From: Gemmatimonadaceae bacterium
GTDB taxonomy: Bacteria; Gemmatimonadota; Gemmatimonadetes; Gemmatimonadales; Gemmatimonadaceae
Direction of reading: 5' to 3'
Length of the DNA stretch: 64,000 bases
NCBI GenBank assembly: GCA_044224875.1
Contig: JBGAJQ010000001.1
Coordinates: 32,001 to 96,000 of the forward strand
Part shown: positions 19,585 to 30,040 of the stretch, in pieces
Position numbering within the stretch: the stretch's first letter is position 1
Layout of the letters: each line of letters opens with the position of its first letter
Made by a program: the position numbers and the translations under genes
Notes under the pieces: model-generated
What the model was told of the DNA's origin: nothing
The model's database searches: none
What the model saw: only the letters and a program-made list of their open reading frames with translations

Positions 19585-21396
19585 CTACTTCTCTTCGTCG
19601 ATCACTTGTTGCAGGTGCTGCGGCAGCGGCGGAATGTCGACGCGGTCGATCACCATCGTGCCGTCGCTGGCGCGCCGAATGACGATGTTGTAACGCTGCG
19701 CCTTGGGATCCTTCTGGGGGTAGTCGTCGCGAAAGTGGCCGCCACGACTCTCTTTTCGTTCGATTGCGGACCGCGTGATGGCCTCAGATACGGTCAGCAG
19801 GTTGTCGAGATCCAAGGCGGTGTGCCAACCCGGGTTATACTCGCGGTTTCCCGCGACGCTCACCTGCACGGCCCGTGCGCGCAAGGCGGCGATCTTGTCC
19901 AACGCCTGATGCATCTCGCCCTCCTGCCGCACGATACCCACGAGATCCTGCATGACGTCTTGTAGTTCGTGCTGGATCTGGTACGGCGACACGCCCCCAG
20001 TTCGTTCGAACGGCATCAGCGCCTGTCGTGTCGCGCCGTCAATCTGGGCTTCGTCCACACGTGCGGCGCCGGATGCCGTGGCAAACTTGGCAGCGTGTTC
20101 ACCAGCACGCTTACCGAACACCAGCAGATCAGAAAGCGAGTTGCCACCAAGTCGGTTGGCGCCGTGAAGACCTGCCGCACATTCACCGGCCGCGAAGAGA
20201 CCCGGCACGGACGACATCTGCGTGTCGCCGTCCACGCGCACGCCACCCATGATGTAGTGGGTGGTGGGGCCGACCTCCATGGGTGTCGTCGTGATGTCGA
20301 TGTCGGCGAGTTGCTTGAACTGATGGTACATGCTGGGCAGCTTCTTGCGAATGTGCTCAGCGGCGTTGGGTAGTCTCGCCTTGATCCATGCGATGTCGAG
20401 GAACACGCCACCGTGCGGACTCCCTCGGCCATCGCGGACCTCGCGCATGATGCAGCGTGCCACGTGGTCGCGCGTGAGGAGCTCCGGCGGACGTCGCGCC
20501 GCCTTGTCACCCTGCGTGTATCGCCACCCCTCTTCTTCGTTGTCGGCCGTCTGCGCGCGATAGTTCTCGGGGATGTCGCTGAACATGAAACGTTCACCCT
20601 GAGCGTTGCGCAGTACGCCACCCTCGCCGCGCACCCCCTCCGTGACGAGGATCCCTCGAACGCTTGGGGGCCAGACCATCCCCGTCGGGTGAAACTGCAC
20701 GAACTCCATGTCCTGCAGGTCGGCTCCAGCGCGATAGGCCAGAGACTGCCCATCGCCTGTGTATTCCCAGCTATTACTCGTTATGCGGAACGCTCGACCC
20801 ACGCCACCCGTGGCCAGCACGATCGCCGACGCCTGGAAGACCTTGAAGCGGCCGCGCTCACGATCGTATCCAACGGCACCTGAAACGCGGTCTCCGTCCT
20901 TGAGCAGGGTGAGGATCGTGTGCTCCATGTGCACATCGATCCCCTGATGGATCCCATGGTCCTGGAGCGTCCGGATCATCTCCAGTCCGGTGCGATCGCC
21001 AACGTGCGCGAGTCGCGGGTATTTGTGGCCGCCAAAGTTGCGCTGCAGGATGCGACCATCCGGCGTGCGGTCGAACAGCGCACCCCACGCCTCCAGTTCG
21101 CGCACGCGCTCCGGCGCTTCCTTCGCGTGCAGCTCGGCGTGACGCCAGTTGTTGACGTACTGGCCTCCTCGCATGGTGTCCGCGAAATGCACGCGCCACC
21201 CATCGCGATCATCCACGTGAGCCAAGGCCGCCGCGACGCCGCCTTCGGCCATGACTGTGTGCGCCTTTCCCAACAGCGACTTGGTGACCAGACCCACTCG
21301 CACTCCTTCGGCCGCGGCCGCGATCGCGGCTCGCAATCCGGCGCCCCCTGCGCCAATCACCAACACATCATGGACCACGCGTTCGACGTCAGCCAT
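19585..21396 (-). CDS. sdhA: Succinate dehydrogenase/fumarate reductase flavoprotein
   Basis: GAGGAG, AHTVMAEGG (FAD-His), QFHPT, HYIMGG, HGANRLGGNSL, ESRGGHFR. Confidence 0.93.
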   Translation of the reverse strand: MADVERVVHDVLVIGAGGAGLRAAIAAAAEGVRVGLVTKSLLGKAHTVMAEGGVAAALAHVDDRDGWRVHFADTMRGGQYVNNWRHAELHAKEAPERVRELEAWGALFDRTPDGRILQRNFGGHKYPRLAHVGDRTGLEMIRTLQDHGIHQGIDVHMEHTILTLLKDGDRVSGAVGYDRERGRFKVFQASAIVLATGGVGRAFRITSNSWEYTGDGQSLAYRAGADLQDMEFVQFHPTGMVWPPSVRGILVTEGVRGEGGVLRNAQGERFMFSDIPENYRAQTADNEEEGWRYTQGDKAARRPPELLTRDHVARCIMREVRDGRGSPHGGVFLDIAWIKARLPNAAEHIRKKLPSMYHQFKQLADIDITTTPMEVGPTTHYIMGGVRVDGDTQMSSVPGLFAAGECAAGLHGANRLGGNSLSDLLVFGKRAGEHAAKFATASGAARVDEAQIDGATRQALMPFERTGGVSPYQIQHELQDVMQDLVGIVRQEGEMHQALDKIAALRARAVQVSVAGNREYNPGWHTALDLDNLLTVSEAITRSAIERKESRGGHFRDDYPQKDPKAQRYNIVIRRASDGTMVIDRVDIPPLPQHLQQVIDEEK

Positions 21397-22202
21397 CAGA
21401 AGAGCCTCGCGTCTGTCCAGATGCCCATGGAGCACAGTCGGACATAGATATCGGAGAACGCCACCGTGAACAGACTCGCCCACGCCCACCGGCTATGGGC
21501 GCGGTTCAGGCAGCTCGAACAATCGTACGCCTTCTGCCGAAGCGGCGCACTGGAGATCGCGTCGAGGAGTCCGCCAAGCACGTGCCGCGCCGAGTGACAT
21601 CCAAACAAGTATCCACCTAACATTATGACATTCAGTAACAGGACCAACGAACCGACGCCAACGCCAAACGTCGTACCCGGTTGCGCCGCGTCGGAAAACC
21701 AGAAGGCATGGTAGGCATCGTACACGAGGATGAACCAGACAATGAGTGACGCCAACAGCCCGTATCGGTGCAGGTTCTGCAGCACCAACGGGAAGTACCG
21801 TTCCCCCAGGTATGTCTTCCGCGGCTCCCCGACGGCGCACCCGGGCGGATCGGCCCAAAACGCCTTGTAGTACGACCCGCGATAGTAGTAGCAGGTGAAG
21901 CGAAACAGGGCCGGGATGGGAAGGATCAACAGCGCTGGGGAAAACGGCAGCCAACCGGGCCACCCCGCCGGTTTGGGCCCAAACCACGCGTGCGGCGAGT
22001 CGCCGAGCAACTCGGGGGAGTAGAAAGGAGACAGGTACGGGCCAAAGGTGTAGTGCGCGTTCTGAAACGCGGCCCAGGTGGCGTAGATGATGAACGCCGT
22101 CAGAATGCCGACGACCGGAACGTTAGGCAGCCACCACGCGTCGCGCCGAAGCGTTTCGCCGAATCGCCGGCGGTCGAGCACTGGAAGCGGCGCGTGAGCC
22201 AT
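21396..22202 (-). CDS. Single membrane anchor subunit of Sdh1-type SDH (Rv0249c-like)
   Basis: Multiple TM segments. SPFYSP, FRFTCYYYRGSYY, QNLHRY, GCHSARH. First gene of the sdh operon. Confidence 0.8.
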   Translation of the reverse strand: MAHAPLPVLDRRRFGETLRRDAWWLPNVPVVGILTAFIIYATWAAFQNAHYTFGPYLSPFYSPELLGDSPHAWFGPKPAGWPGWLPFSPALLILPIPALFRFTCYYYRGSYYKAFWADPPGCAVGEPRKTYLGERYFPLVLQNLHRYGLLASLIVWFILVYDAYHAFWFSDAAQPGTTFGVGVGSLVLLLNVIMLGGYLFGCHSARHVLGGLLDAISSAPLRQKAYDCSSCLNRAHSRWAWASLFTVAFSDIYVRLCSMGIWTDARLF

Positions 22203-22410
22203 GCCATCCTCTCTGGGCAGACATCAGGTGAGTGCGCAACCGGCTACCCGCGACAGCACAAACACGCGTCGAGGGTCGCGTTATTCAATCGCGAGGGACA
22301 GGGGGTGTCAAATCGGACGCCTCGAGAGGCCCGCGACCGACTAGCTCGGGGTGGCGGTCCGGGCTACCTTCGCCGATTCGACCCACATGAGCGACGCCGC
22401 CGGAGGACGT

Positions 22411-23793
22411 ATGTGCGACACACCTGCATCACCTGAACGTCCTAGTGCGCCGCTGAGCCGTCGAGACGCGCTCAAGAATGGCTTGGCGTGGTCGGCCGTC
22501 CTGCTGGCGGCGCCACAGACGCTCGCCGCCCAGCTCGACGCCGGTGACGAGTACGTCAACATCGCACGCAGGGCCGGGCAGTGGATCGCAACATCGGCTA
22601 TCGCCGATGAGCTGGGAATGCGGTGGCCCGCTGACCCGCGCGACCCCAAGACGGTCTCCCTCGACCTCTACAACGGCACCCCTGGCATCGTGCCTTTCTG
22701 GTTGGAGTTGCACCACGCCACGCACGAGCCCGAGGCGCTTCAGTTTGCCGCCGCCGGCGCGGACTACTTGCTCAGCACCTTACCCGAGGACACAACCACC
22801 GATGCTGGTCTCTATACCGGGCTTGCCGGCGTCGCCTGGGTGCTTCAGCTGACGTATCGGGCCACTGGGCGGGAGAAATACCGAACGGGTGCCCAAAAGG
22901 CCCTCTCCATCGTTCAGGCCTCGGCAAAGGTGGGTGAGCACGGCGTCGGCTGGGCAGATTCGACGGACATCATCTCCGGCAGTGCGGGAACCGGGCTCTT
23001 CCTGCTATGGGCGAAGGACCAGATGGGCGACGAACGCTCGTTGGAGGTGGCGAAGGGTGCCGGTCGGGCCCTTGTTGCGGCTGGCGAGCCAGCCGGCGGT
23101 GGTCTGCGCTGGAAGGTGAACAAGGGCATGGCACGGAACTACCCGAACTTCTCGCACGGAACGGCCGGGGTTTCGTACTTCCTCGCCACGCTACATCAGG
23201 CCACAGGGGACTCGATGTACCTGGAGGCCGCCTTGGCGGGAGCGCGATACCTGCAGTCACTGGCAACGACCACAGCCAGTGGAGGTCATCTCGTTTTCCA
23301 TAGCGAGCCAGGCAACGAGGCGCTGTACTACTTGAGCTGGTGCCATGGACCAGCGGGTACCGCTCGTCTCTTCCACAGGCTGGGTCAGATCACTGGCCAG
23401 AATGTGTACGATGCCTACGTGGACTCGCTCGCCGCCGCCACGCTGGACATGAAGGTCCCCGAGCGATCACCTGGGTTTTGGAACAACATCTCACAGTGCT
23501 GCGGCAACTGTGGCGTGGTGGAGTTCTTTGCCAGCCTGCATGGCCTGCGTCGCGACGCGCGTCACCTGGCCTTTGCCGAACTGATGGCACGCGACACCGT
23601 CGCGCGGGGCACCGCGGACGGCGCCGGCATGAAGTGGGTGCAGGCAGAAAACCGCGTTTCTCCTGAGCAGCTGGTGGCGCAAACAGGCTTGATGCAGGGC
23701 GCGGCAGGCGTTGGACTGGCCATGCTGCACCTGGACGGCGTCCTGAACGGCCGGGCCCCACTCGTTCGCTTGCCGGACAATCCATTTGCCTAA
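22411..23793 (+). CDS. LanC-like (lanthionine synthetase C family) protein with Tat signal
   Basis: GGAGG RBS, SRRDALK. LYNGTPG/LYTGLAG/ISGSAG repeats, FSHGTAG, WCHGPAG, QCCGNCG, LMQGAAG. Confidence 0.85.
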   Translation: MCDTPASPERPSAPLSRRDALKNGLAWSAVLLAAPQTLAAQLDAGDEYVNIARRAGQWIATSAIADELGMRWPADPRDPKTVSLDLYNGTPGIVPFWLELHHATHEPEALQFAAAGADYLLSTLPEDTTTDAGLYTGLAGVAWVLQLTYRATGREKYRTGAQKALSIVQASAKVGEHGVGWADSTDIISGSAGTGLFLLWAKDQMGDERSLEVAKGAGRALVAAGEPAGGGLRWKVNKGMARNYPNFSHGTAGVSYFLATLHQATGDSMYLEAALAGARYLQSLATTTASGGHLVFHSEPGNEALYYLSWCHGPAGTARLFHRLGQITGQNVYDAYVDSLAAATLDMKVPERSPGFWNNISQCCGNCGVVEFFASLHGLRRDARHLAFAELMARDTVARGTADGAGMKWVQAENRVSPEQLVAQTGLMQGAAGVGLAMLHLDGVLNGRAPLVRLPDNPFA

Positions 23794-23800
23794 CGACTAG

Positions 23801-25267
23801 ATGTCAGTGGACGAACAGCGTCCGCCGCTGACGCTCTCCAGTGAGGAGATGCGGCGGTTGGGCTATCGCGCCGTCGATGAAATCATCGCCCACTTGGAGC
23901 AACGACGGGACCGGCGTGTGGCGAACTCCCGGCCTCGCGCCGAACTCGAGCGGCGGTTTGGACCGTTCCGCGACGCTCCGACGCCCGTGGGTGAAGTGCT
24001 CGATCTGGTGTGTGGTGAAGTCATGCCGTCCGTCACGCAGGTGGATCATCCGCGTTTCTTTGCCTTCGTGCCCGGGCCAGGCAACTTCGTTGGGGCCATG
24101 GCCGACGCGCTCGCCGCCGGCTTCAACGTCTTTGCCGCGCATTGGCTCCACGGATCCGGCGCGGCGGCCGTGGAACTGCAGACGATCGACTGGCTCTGCC
24201 GCGAATGCGGGTTGCCGAGTACGGCGGGTGGCCTGTTCGTGAGCGGTGGCTCCATGGCGAATTTGACGGCGTTGGCGGCGGCGCGCCGAGCCGTGCTGGG
24301 CGGCCCAAATCCCCAAGCCGTCATCTATGCGTCCAACCAGACGCACAATTCGCTGGCCAAGGGTCTTCGCGTCATCGGGTTCACCCAGGACCAGATCCGG
24401 ACCGTCGAGAGCGACGACGCCTTGCGACTGAGCATCCCGGCGCTCGAAGCGGCGATCGCCTCAGACCTGAGGGCCGGCCGGCGCCCATTCTGCGTCGTGG
24501 CAAATGCTGGAACGACGAACACGGCGGCCGTCGACCCGATCCCTGCGATCGCCGACGTGTGTGAGCGTCACGGGATGTGGCTGCACGTGGACGGGGCGTA
24601 TGGCGCGGCCGCCGTCCTCACGCCGCAGGGTCGCGCCATCCTGACCGGTCTGGAGCGAGCGGACTCCATCACCTTCGACCCGCACAAGTGGCTCTTCCAG
24701 CCCTTTGAGATCGGGTGCGTGCTCGTGCGCGACCTTCGGCACCTGCGTCAAGCGTTCACCGTGCATGTTGGCGATCACGGCGAGTACCTCGAGGACGTGC
24801 AGCGCGTCATCGGCGACGAGATGATCTTCTACGAACATGGGGTGCAGCTGACGAGATCATTCCGCGCCCTCAAGTTGTGGATGACGCTTCGGGTCTTTGG
24901 GGTACAGGCCATGCGCGACGCGATTGCGCGCGGCATCGAGCTAGCGGAGCTGACCGAGCGGCTGCTACGCGCTGACGGCCGGTTCGAGATCGTGACGCCG
25001 GCGCAGCTTGGCATGGTGTCCTTTGCTCCCGTCGCGCCGGAGATGAGCCGCGCGGACGTCGATGCCTGGGTCAAGCGCATCACCGACGGCATCCTCACTG
25101 ATGGCTTTGCCATGGTGACGTCGACGCGCGTGCGCGACCGTCACGTTTTACGGATGTGCACCATCAATCCGCAGACGTCGGACGACGACATTCGAGAAAC
25201 GGTGACACGCATCGCGAAGATTGCAGCTGCCGAACGGTCCCCTCATTCCCCGGCGTCCTTGCCCTGA
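23801..25267 (+). CDS. PLP-dependent group II (aromatic-L-amino-acid-type) decarboxylase
   Basis: HPRFFAFVP, SGGSMAN, WLHVDGAYG, DPHKWL (PLP Lys), RALKLW. Confidence 0.9.
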   Translation: MSVDEQRPPLTLSSEEMRRLGYRAVDEIIAHLEQRRDRRVANSRPRAELERRFGPFRDAPTPVGEVLDLVCGEVMPSVTQVDHPRFFAFVPGPGNFVGAMADALAAGFNVFAAHWLHGSGAAAVELQTIDWLCRECGLPSTAGGLFVSGGSMANLTALAAARRAVLGGPNPQAVIYASNQTHNSLAKGLRVIGFTQDQIRTVESDDALRLSIPALEAAIASDLRAGRRPFCVVANAGTTNTAAVDPIPAIADVCERHGMWLHVDGAYGAAAVLTPQGRAILTGLERADSITFDPHKWLFQPFEIGCVLVRDLRHLRQAFTVHVGDHGEYLEDVQRVIGDEMIFYEHGVQLTRSFRALKLWMTLRVFGVQAMRDAIARGIELAELTERLLRADGRFEIVTPAQLGMVSFAPVAPEMSRADVDAWVKRITDGILTDGFAMVTSTRVRDRHVLRMCTINPQTSDDDIRETVTRIAKIAAAERSPHSPASLP

Positions 25268-25339
25268 AAACGCGCCGGCCCCGGAAAACATGTCGGGGGC
25301 CTCGCAGCCGTCGCCACGCCCGATGCGCGCAGCCTGCCG

Positions 25340-27373
25340 TCAGGCAGGGCGCGCCAGAGCCTTGGCTACGTCGACGACGTGTTGCACCGTCAGCCCAAAC
25401 TCGGCGTAAATCTTCTGGTACGGCGCCGACGCCCCGAAGTGGTCTACTCCGATCATCACACCGTGTTCGCCAAGAAAGCGCGACCACGACATCGAATGGG
25501 CCGCCTCCACCGCCACCCGTGGAATGCCTTCCGGAAGCACGGAGGCGCGGTAGTCGGCACCCTGGGCCAGGAATAGTTCGTGGCTCGGCATGCTCACCAC
25601 CCGTACGCAAATGTCGAACTCGTCATCCAGGCGTTGCTGCGCAGCCAGCGCGATCTCCACCTCGGATCCGCTCGCAAGGAGCACCACCGCTGGCTTGCCG
25701 CAGGGACACTCCACCAGAACGTACCCACCGCGGGCGACCTCACTTGCAGGGGCGCGCCGTGGATGATCGATGAACTTCACTTTCTGGCGCGTCAGCGCCA
25801 GCGCCACCGGGCCCGATGTGTGCTGAATGGCCACTCGCCAGGCCTCCGCCGTCTCGGCGGAATCCGCCGGGCGCAGCACGGTCACGTTCGGGATACAACG
25901 CAAGGCCGTGAGATGCTCGATCGGCTGGTGCGTTGGCCCGTCTTCACCCAACCCAATTGAGTCGTGCGTGAAGACATAGATGACGCGCTGGTGCATGAGC
26001 GCCGCCAGACGAATGGCCGGCTTCATGTAGTCGCTGAAGACCAGGAAGGTGCCGCCGTAGGGAATCACCCCGCCATGCAGCGCCATACCGTTCATCATTG
26101 CGCCCATGGCGTGTTCACGCACGCCAAAGTGCACGTTGCGGCCGACGGGAGATTCCGGCGTGAACCGTGGCGCATCCTTGATGAGCGTGAGGTTTGACCC
26201 GGTGAGGTCCGCCGATCCGCCGAACAACTCCGGAACCTTGCCGGCAATCGAGTTGAGTACGATGCCCGAAGCGGCGCGCGTCGCCATCGTGCCGTTCTCG
26301 GCGTTGAACGCGGGCACGGACTGCTGCCAGCCTGTCGGCAACTCGCCCTGCATGCGTCGCCCAAACTCCTTGGCGTCGTCGGGGTGCGATTTGGCATACC
26401 CGATGAGCGCGCGGCGCCACTGATCGTGTTCGACGGCGCCGCGTTCACGAGCAAGCCGCCAATGCTCGAGAGCGTTCGACGGAATGTAGAACGCGTCCGT
26501 GCTCGGCCACTTCAGGTTCTGCTTGACGAGCAGGATTTCCGCGGCACCTAACGGCTCACCGTGCGCCTTGGCTGTATCCTGTCGATTCGGCGACCCGTAG
26601 CCAATGTGTGTGCGTGTGATGATGAGTGACGGCCGATCACGGTCGGCGCGTGCCTGCTCGATCGCGTGGTCGATCGCCCCAAGGTCGTTCACGTCGTGAA
26701 TGTGCAGCACCTGCCAACCGTAGGACTCGAATCGCTCGGCGACATTGTCGGTAAACGTCAGGTCCGTGGGGCCGTCGATGGAAATACGGTTGTCGTCGTA
26801 AAAGCCGATCAGCTTCCCCAACCGGAAGTGGCCGGCAAAGCTGGCGGCCTCGTGCGAGATGCCTTCCATCAAGCAGCCATCCCCGCAAATGAACCAGGTG
26901 GTATGATCCACCACGGTGTGCCCCGGGCGGTTGAAGCTGGCGGCAAGATGCGCTTCGGCGGCCGCCATCCCGACCGCGTTCGCCAGCCCCTGGCCCAGGG
27001 GACCCGTGGTGGTCTCGACACCGGGTGTGTGTCCGTACTCCGGATGTCCCGGCGTCCGGCTGCCCCACTGCCGGAAGGCCTTGATGTCATCCAGCGCGAC
27101 GTCATATCCGCTCAGATGCAACGAGCCATAAAGCAGCATCGACGCGTGGCCGTTCGAGAGAACGAATCGGTCACGATTTGGCCATGTGGGGTCGGCAGGA
27201 TTGTGCCGCATGTGGCGCGTAAACAGCGAGTAGGCGAGGGGCGCCAAACCGAGCGGCGCACCGGGATGGCCGCTGTCGGCCTGCTGCACGGCGTCGATTG
27301 CCAGCGTGCGTAGCGTGTTGACGCACAACTCGTCGAGCGACAAGGCGGTCGTCGCCTCGGCGGATGAAGCCAC
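25340..27373 (-). CDS. tkt: Transketolase
   Basis: [57 protein letters not shown] start with GGAGG RBS. Confidence 0.95.
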   Translation of the reverse strand: MASSAEATTALSLDELCVNTLRTLAIDAVQQADSGHPGAPLGLAPLAYSLFTRHMRHNPADPTWPNRDRFVLSNGHASMLLYGSLHLSGYDVALDDIKAFRQWGSRTPGHPEYGHTPGVETTTGPLGQGLANAVGMAAAEAHLAASFNRPGHTVVDHTTWFICGDGCLMEGISHEAASFAGHFRLGKLIGFYDDNRISIDGPTDLTFTDNVAERFESYGWQVLHIHDVNDLGAIDHAIEQARADRDRPSLIITRTHIGYGSPNRQDTAKAHGEPLGAAEILLVKQNLKWPSTDAFYIPSNALEHWRLARERGAVEHDQWRRALIGYAKSHPDDAKEFGRRMQGELPTGWQQSVPAFNAENGTMATRAASGIVLNSIAGKVPELFGGSADLTGSNLTLIKDAPRFTPESPVGRNVHFGVREHAMGAMMNGMALHGGVIPYGGTFLVFSDYMKPAIRLAALMHQRVIYVFTHDSIGLGEDGPTHQPIEHLTALRCIPNVTVLRPADSAETAEAWRVAIQHTSGPVALALTRQKVKFIDHPRRAPASEVARGGYVLVECPCGKPAVVLLASGSEVEIALAAQQRLDDEFDICVRVVSMPSHELFLAQGADYRASVLPEGIPRVAVEAAHSMSWSRFLGEHGVMIGVDHFGASAPYQKIYAEFGLTVQHVVDVAKALARPA

Positions 27374-27573
27374 GTCGTCCTCCCCAGGAGGGCTGATGTT
27401 GGGCGACAACCCTCTCACGCGGCGTGGAACAGCGGTGGCCGGAGAGGGAACGAACGCCACCAAAATTAGTCCAAACCAAGCCGTCGCGCTGGCCCCGGCG
27501 CCGACTCGGAGCCAGCCGCGAGATCATTGCCAACGCTACTCTCCCTCTCGGCCCTGGTCCCGCATATTACGAA

Positions 27574-29049
27574 ATGTCGAAATCTCAACACCCGCCCCGC
27601 TCGAGTCGGCTCCGATCGTTCATTCTGTCCGGATTGGCCGCGCTCGCCGCGGTCCTTGGCGCCCCTCGCCACATCCATGGTCAAGACCCTGCTCCATCCG
27701 CGGAGCGCGAACTCGCCCGTTCCATTCTCAAGGAACTGATCGAGATCAATACCACGCAGTCGGTCGGGAGCACGCGGAAGGCCGCCGAGGCCATGGCCGC
27801 GCGGCTGCGGAGTGCCGGATACGAGGATCGGGACATTTCCATTGTCGGTCCGGAAGGCGAGCGCAAGAATTTGATCGTTAGGCTGCGCGGCGCGTCGCAG
27901 GGTCCGGCCCGCAAGGCCCTGCTGTTGATGGCCCACACCGACGTCGTGGAAGCCAAGCGTGACGACTGGTCCAGCGATCCCTTCGTCTTTCGGGTGGACA
28001 GTGCGTCCTTTTACGGCCGCGGCACGATCGACAACAAGTCCGGCGCCGCGATGCTCGTGGCCAACATGATGCGCTGGAAACGCGAGGGATTCGTCCCGGA
28101 TCGCGACATCATCATGCTGCTGACCACGGACGAGGAAACCGACGCGGTGGCGGGGATCCAGTACGTGCTGAAGAACCACCGCGATCTCGTGGACGCCGAG
28201 TTTTGCCTGAATACGGATGGTGGCGGTGTGGAGCTGAAGAATGGCCACCCGAGCCTGAATGTTGTTGGAGCTGCCGAGAAAGTCTATCAGAGCTTCACGC
28301 TCGAAGTCCGGAACCGAGGCGGACATTCGTCCGTTCCACGCAAGGACAATGCGATCTACCAGCTTTCCAAGGCGCTGGTGAAGCTGTCGGGGTATGCCTT
28401 CCCGGTGCAGCTCAACGACGTTACGCGCACCATGTTCGAACGCTCCGGGAAGGTCGAACGCGGCCAGGTGGGAGCCGATATGCGCGCCATTGCCGCATCG
28501 AATGGCAAGGCACTGGGTGCGGTGCATCGCTTGGCCCAGAGCCCCATCTACAACTCCCTCATGCGCACCACGTGCGTCGCCACCCTGCTGGAGGGCGGCC
28601 ACGCCGACAACGCACTCCCGCAGCTTGCCCGCGCCACCGTCAACTGCCGGATGCTTCCCGGCTCCAAGGTGGAGGAGGTTCGGCAGGCATTGGCAAACGC
28701 GACCGGAGATACAGCCGTCGTGGTGAAACCGGTCGCTCCCTTTGCCATCGAGAGTCCGGCATCCCCGGTGCGAGCGGACCTGCTCGCCATCCTGGACCGG
28801 CTGACGGCCAAGCACTACGCCGGTGCCACAGTCGTTCCGGCCATGGAAACCGGTGCCTCCGACGGACTCTTCCTTCGCAATGCTGGTATTCCCACCTACA
28901 ATACAGGAGCGATCGCCGGCGACCCCGACGATGACCGCGCGCACGGTCGCGACGAACGTGTGCTCGAGCAGTCGTACTACGACGCAACGCAGTTCTGGTT
29001 CGACCTCGTGAAGTCGATCACGACCCCCGGAGTCACCACCAAGAGCTGA
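27574..29049 (+). CDS. M20/M25/M40 family metallopeptidase, secreted
   Basis: AHTDVV, GRGTIDNK, DEE, GGHSS, GASDG, AHGRDER. Confidence 0.9.
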   Translation: MSKSQHPPRSSRLRSFILSGLAALAAVLGAPRHIHGQDPAPSAERELARSILKELIEINTTQSVGSTRKAAEAMAARLRSAGYEDRDISIVGPEGERKNLIVRLRGASQGPARKALLLMAHTDVVEAKRDDWSSDPFVFRVDSASFYGRGTIDNKSGAAMLVANMMRWKREGFVPDRDIIMLLTTDEETDAVAGIQYVLKNHRDLVDAEFCLNTDGGGVELKNGHPSLNVVGAAEKVYQSFTLEVRNRGGHSSVPRKDNAIYQLSKALVKLSGYAFPVQLNDVTRTMFERSGKVERGQVGADMRAIAASNGKALGAVHRLAQSPIYNSLMRTTCVATLLEGGHADNALPQLARATVNCRMLPGSKVEEVRQALANATGDTAVVVKPVAPFAIESPASPVRADLLAILDRLTAKHYAGATVVPAMETGASDGLFLRNAGIPTYNTGAIAGDPDDDRAHGRDERVLEQSYYDATQFWFDLVKSITTPGVTTKS

Positions 29050-29051
29050 AG

Positions 29052-29966
29052 ATGGCGCACCAGCGCAAGCCCCAGCCGAGTGCCCGGCATCGAAGTCTGG
29101 ACGACCCCACGACGGCGCGCGACTTCCTTCGCGATGTGCAGGAGGGCGTCTACATCAGTGACCTCAAGGGCCAGGTGCTGGACGCGAATCCCGCCTTCCT
29201 CGAGATCTTTGGCGTGTCGTCCCTGGAGGAGCTGTCGAAGAAGTCGGTGGTGGACTTCCTGGTGGACCCGGAGCGTCGCACGTTGGAGCTGTCGATGCTC
29301 GAACGCGATGGTGTGGTGAAGGACTTCGAGCTGGAAATCCGTCGCCCTGACGGACATCACCGCATGGTCAGGGACACGATGCACAGCGTGCGCGACCCGC
29401 TCACCGGTGAGCTGTATATGCACGGTATCCTGGACGACATCACGCGCGCCAAGGAGATGGAAGCGCAGCTCCACGAACAGCTGATCCGCGACGCCCTCAC
29501 CGGATGCTACAATCGCCGCTTTTTGCTGGACCTCGGCGAACGGATGAGCGCTGAGGGAGAATCCCGATGGGGATGCATCTTCATCGATATCGACCACTTC
29601 AAGCTGTACAACGACGCCTACGGACATCGCAGCGGTGATCAGGTGTTGCAAAAGATTGCCCGGTTCCTCCTGCGTCAGGTGCGCGCGGAGGAACCAGTCG
29701 TCCGGATCGGCGGCGACGAGTTTCTGATCGTGCTGGTTGGCGACAACGCAACGCGCACCGAACACGTGGCCCAGCGGCTTCAACACGCTGCCGCACGCAG
29801 CGCGCCGGTTGCCTTCTCACTGGGGTGGGCCGAGCGGTACGGCCACGAATCGTTCGATGCCACGGTGGATCGCGCCGACAAAAACCTCATTGGCGTTCGG
29901 GTCTTAACGCGCTCCGGCGATCATCCAAAGCTCCCGGACGAAATGGAGCGGCGAAAGGCACGCTAG
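29052..29966 (+). CDS. PAS-GGDEF diguanylate cyclase
   Basis: PAS domain (ANPAFLEIFG), DALTGCYNRR, DIDHFK..ND..GH..GD, RIGGDEF. Confidence 0.92.
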   Translation: MAHQRKPQPSARHRSLDDPTTARDFLRDVQEGVYISDLKGQVLDANPAFLEIFGVSSLEELSKKSVVDFLVDPERRTLELSMLERDGVVKDFELEIRRPDGHHRMVRDTMHSVRDPLTGELYMHGILDDITRAKEMEAQLHEQLIRDALTGCYNRRFLLDLGERMSAEGESRWGCIFIDIDHFKLYNDAYGHRSGDQVLQKIARFLLRQVRAEEPVVRIGGDEFLIVLVGDNATRTEHVAQRLQHAAARSAPVAFSLGWAERYGHESFDATVDRADKNLIGVRVLTRSGDHPKLPDEMERRKAR

Positions 29967-30040
29967 CCCGCCAGAGGCGCTGGCTGTGCAAGTCAGCGTA
30001 CGCTTGACGTCTCCTTGGCACACCCAGCCAGGATATCGTT

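Noticed and set aside
22203..25339. Lanthipeptide biosynthetic cluster
   Set aside because: No dehydratase, precursor peptide, transporter or protease near the LanC-like gene.
27466..28944. 492-aa antisense ORF opposite the M20 peptidase, and similar shadows such as 9481..10554, 37603..38640, 57757..58707 and 62699..63811
   Set aside because: No recognisable motifs. Long stop-free antisense frames are expected in high-GC coding DNA.
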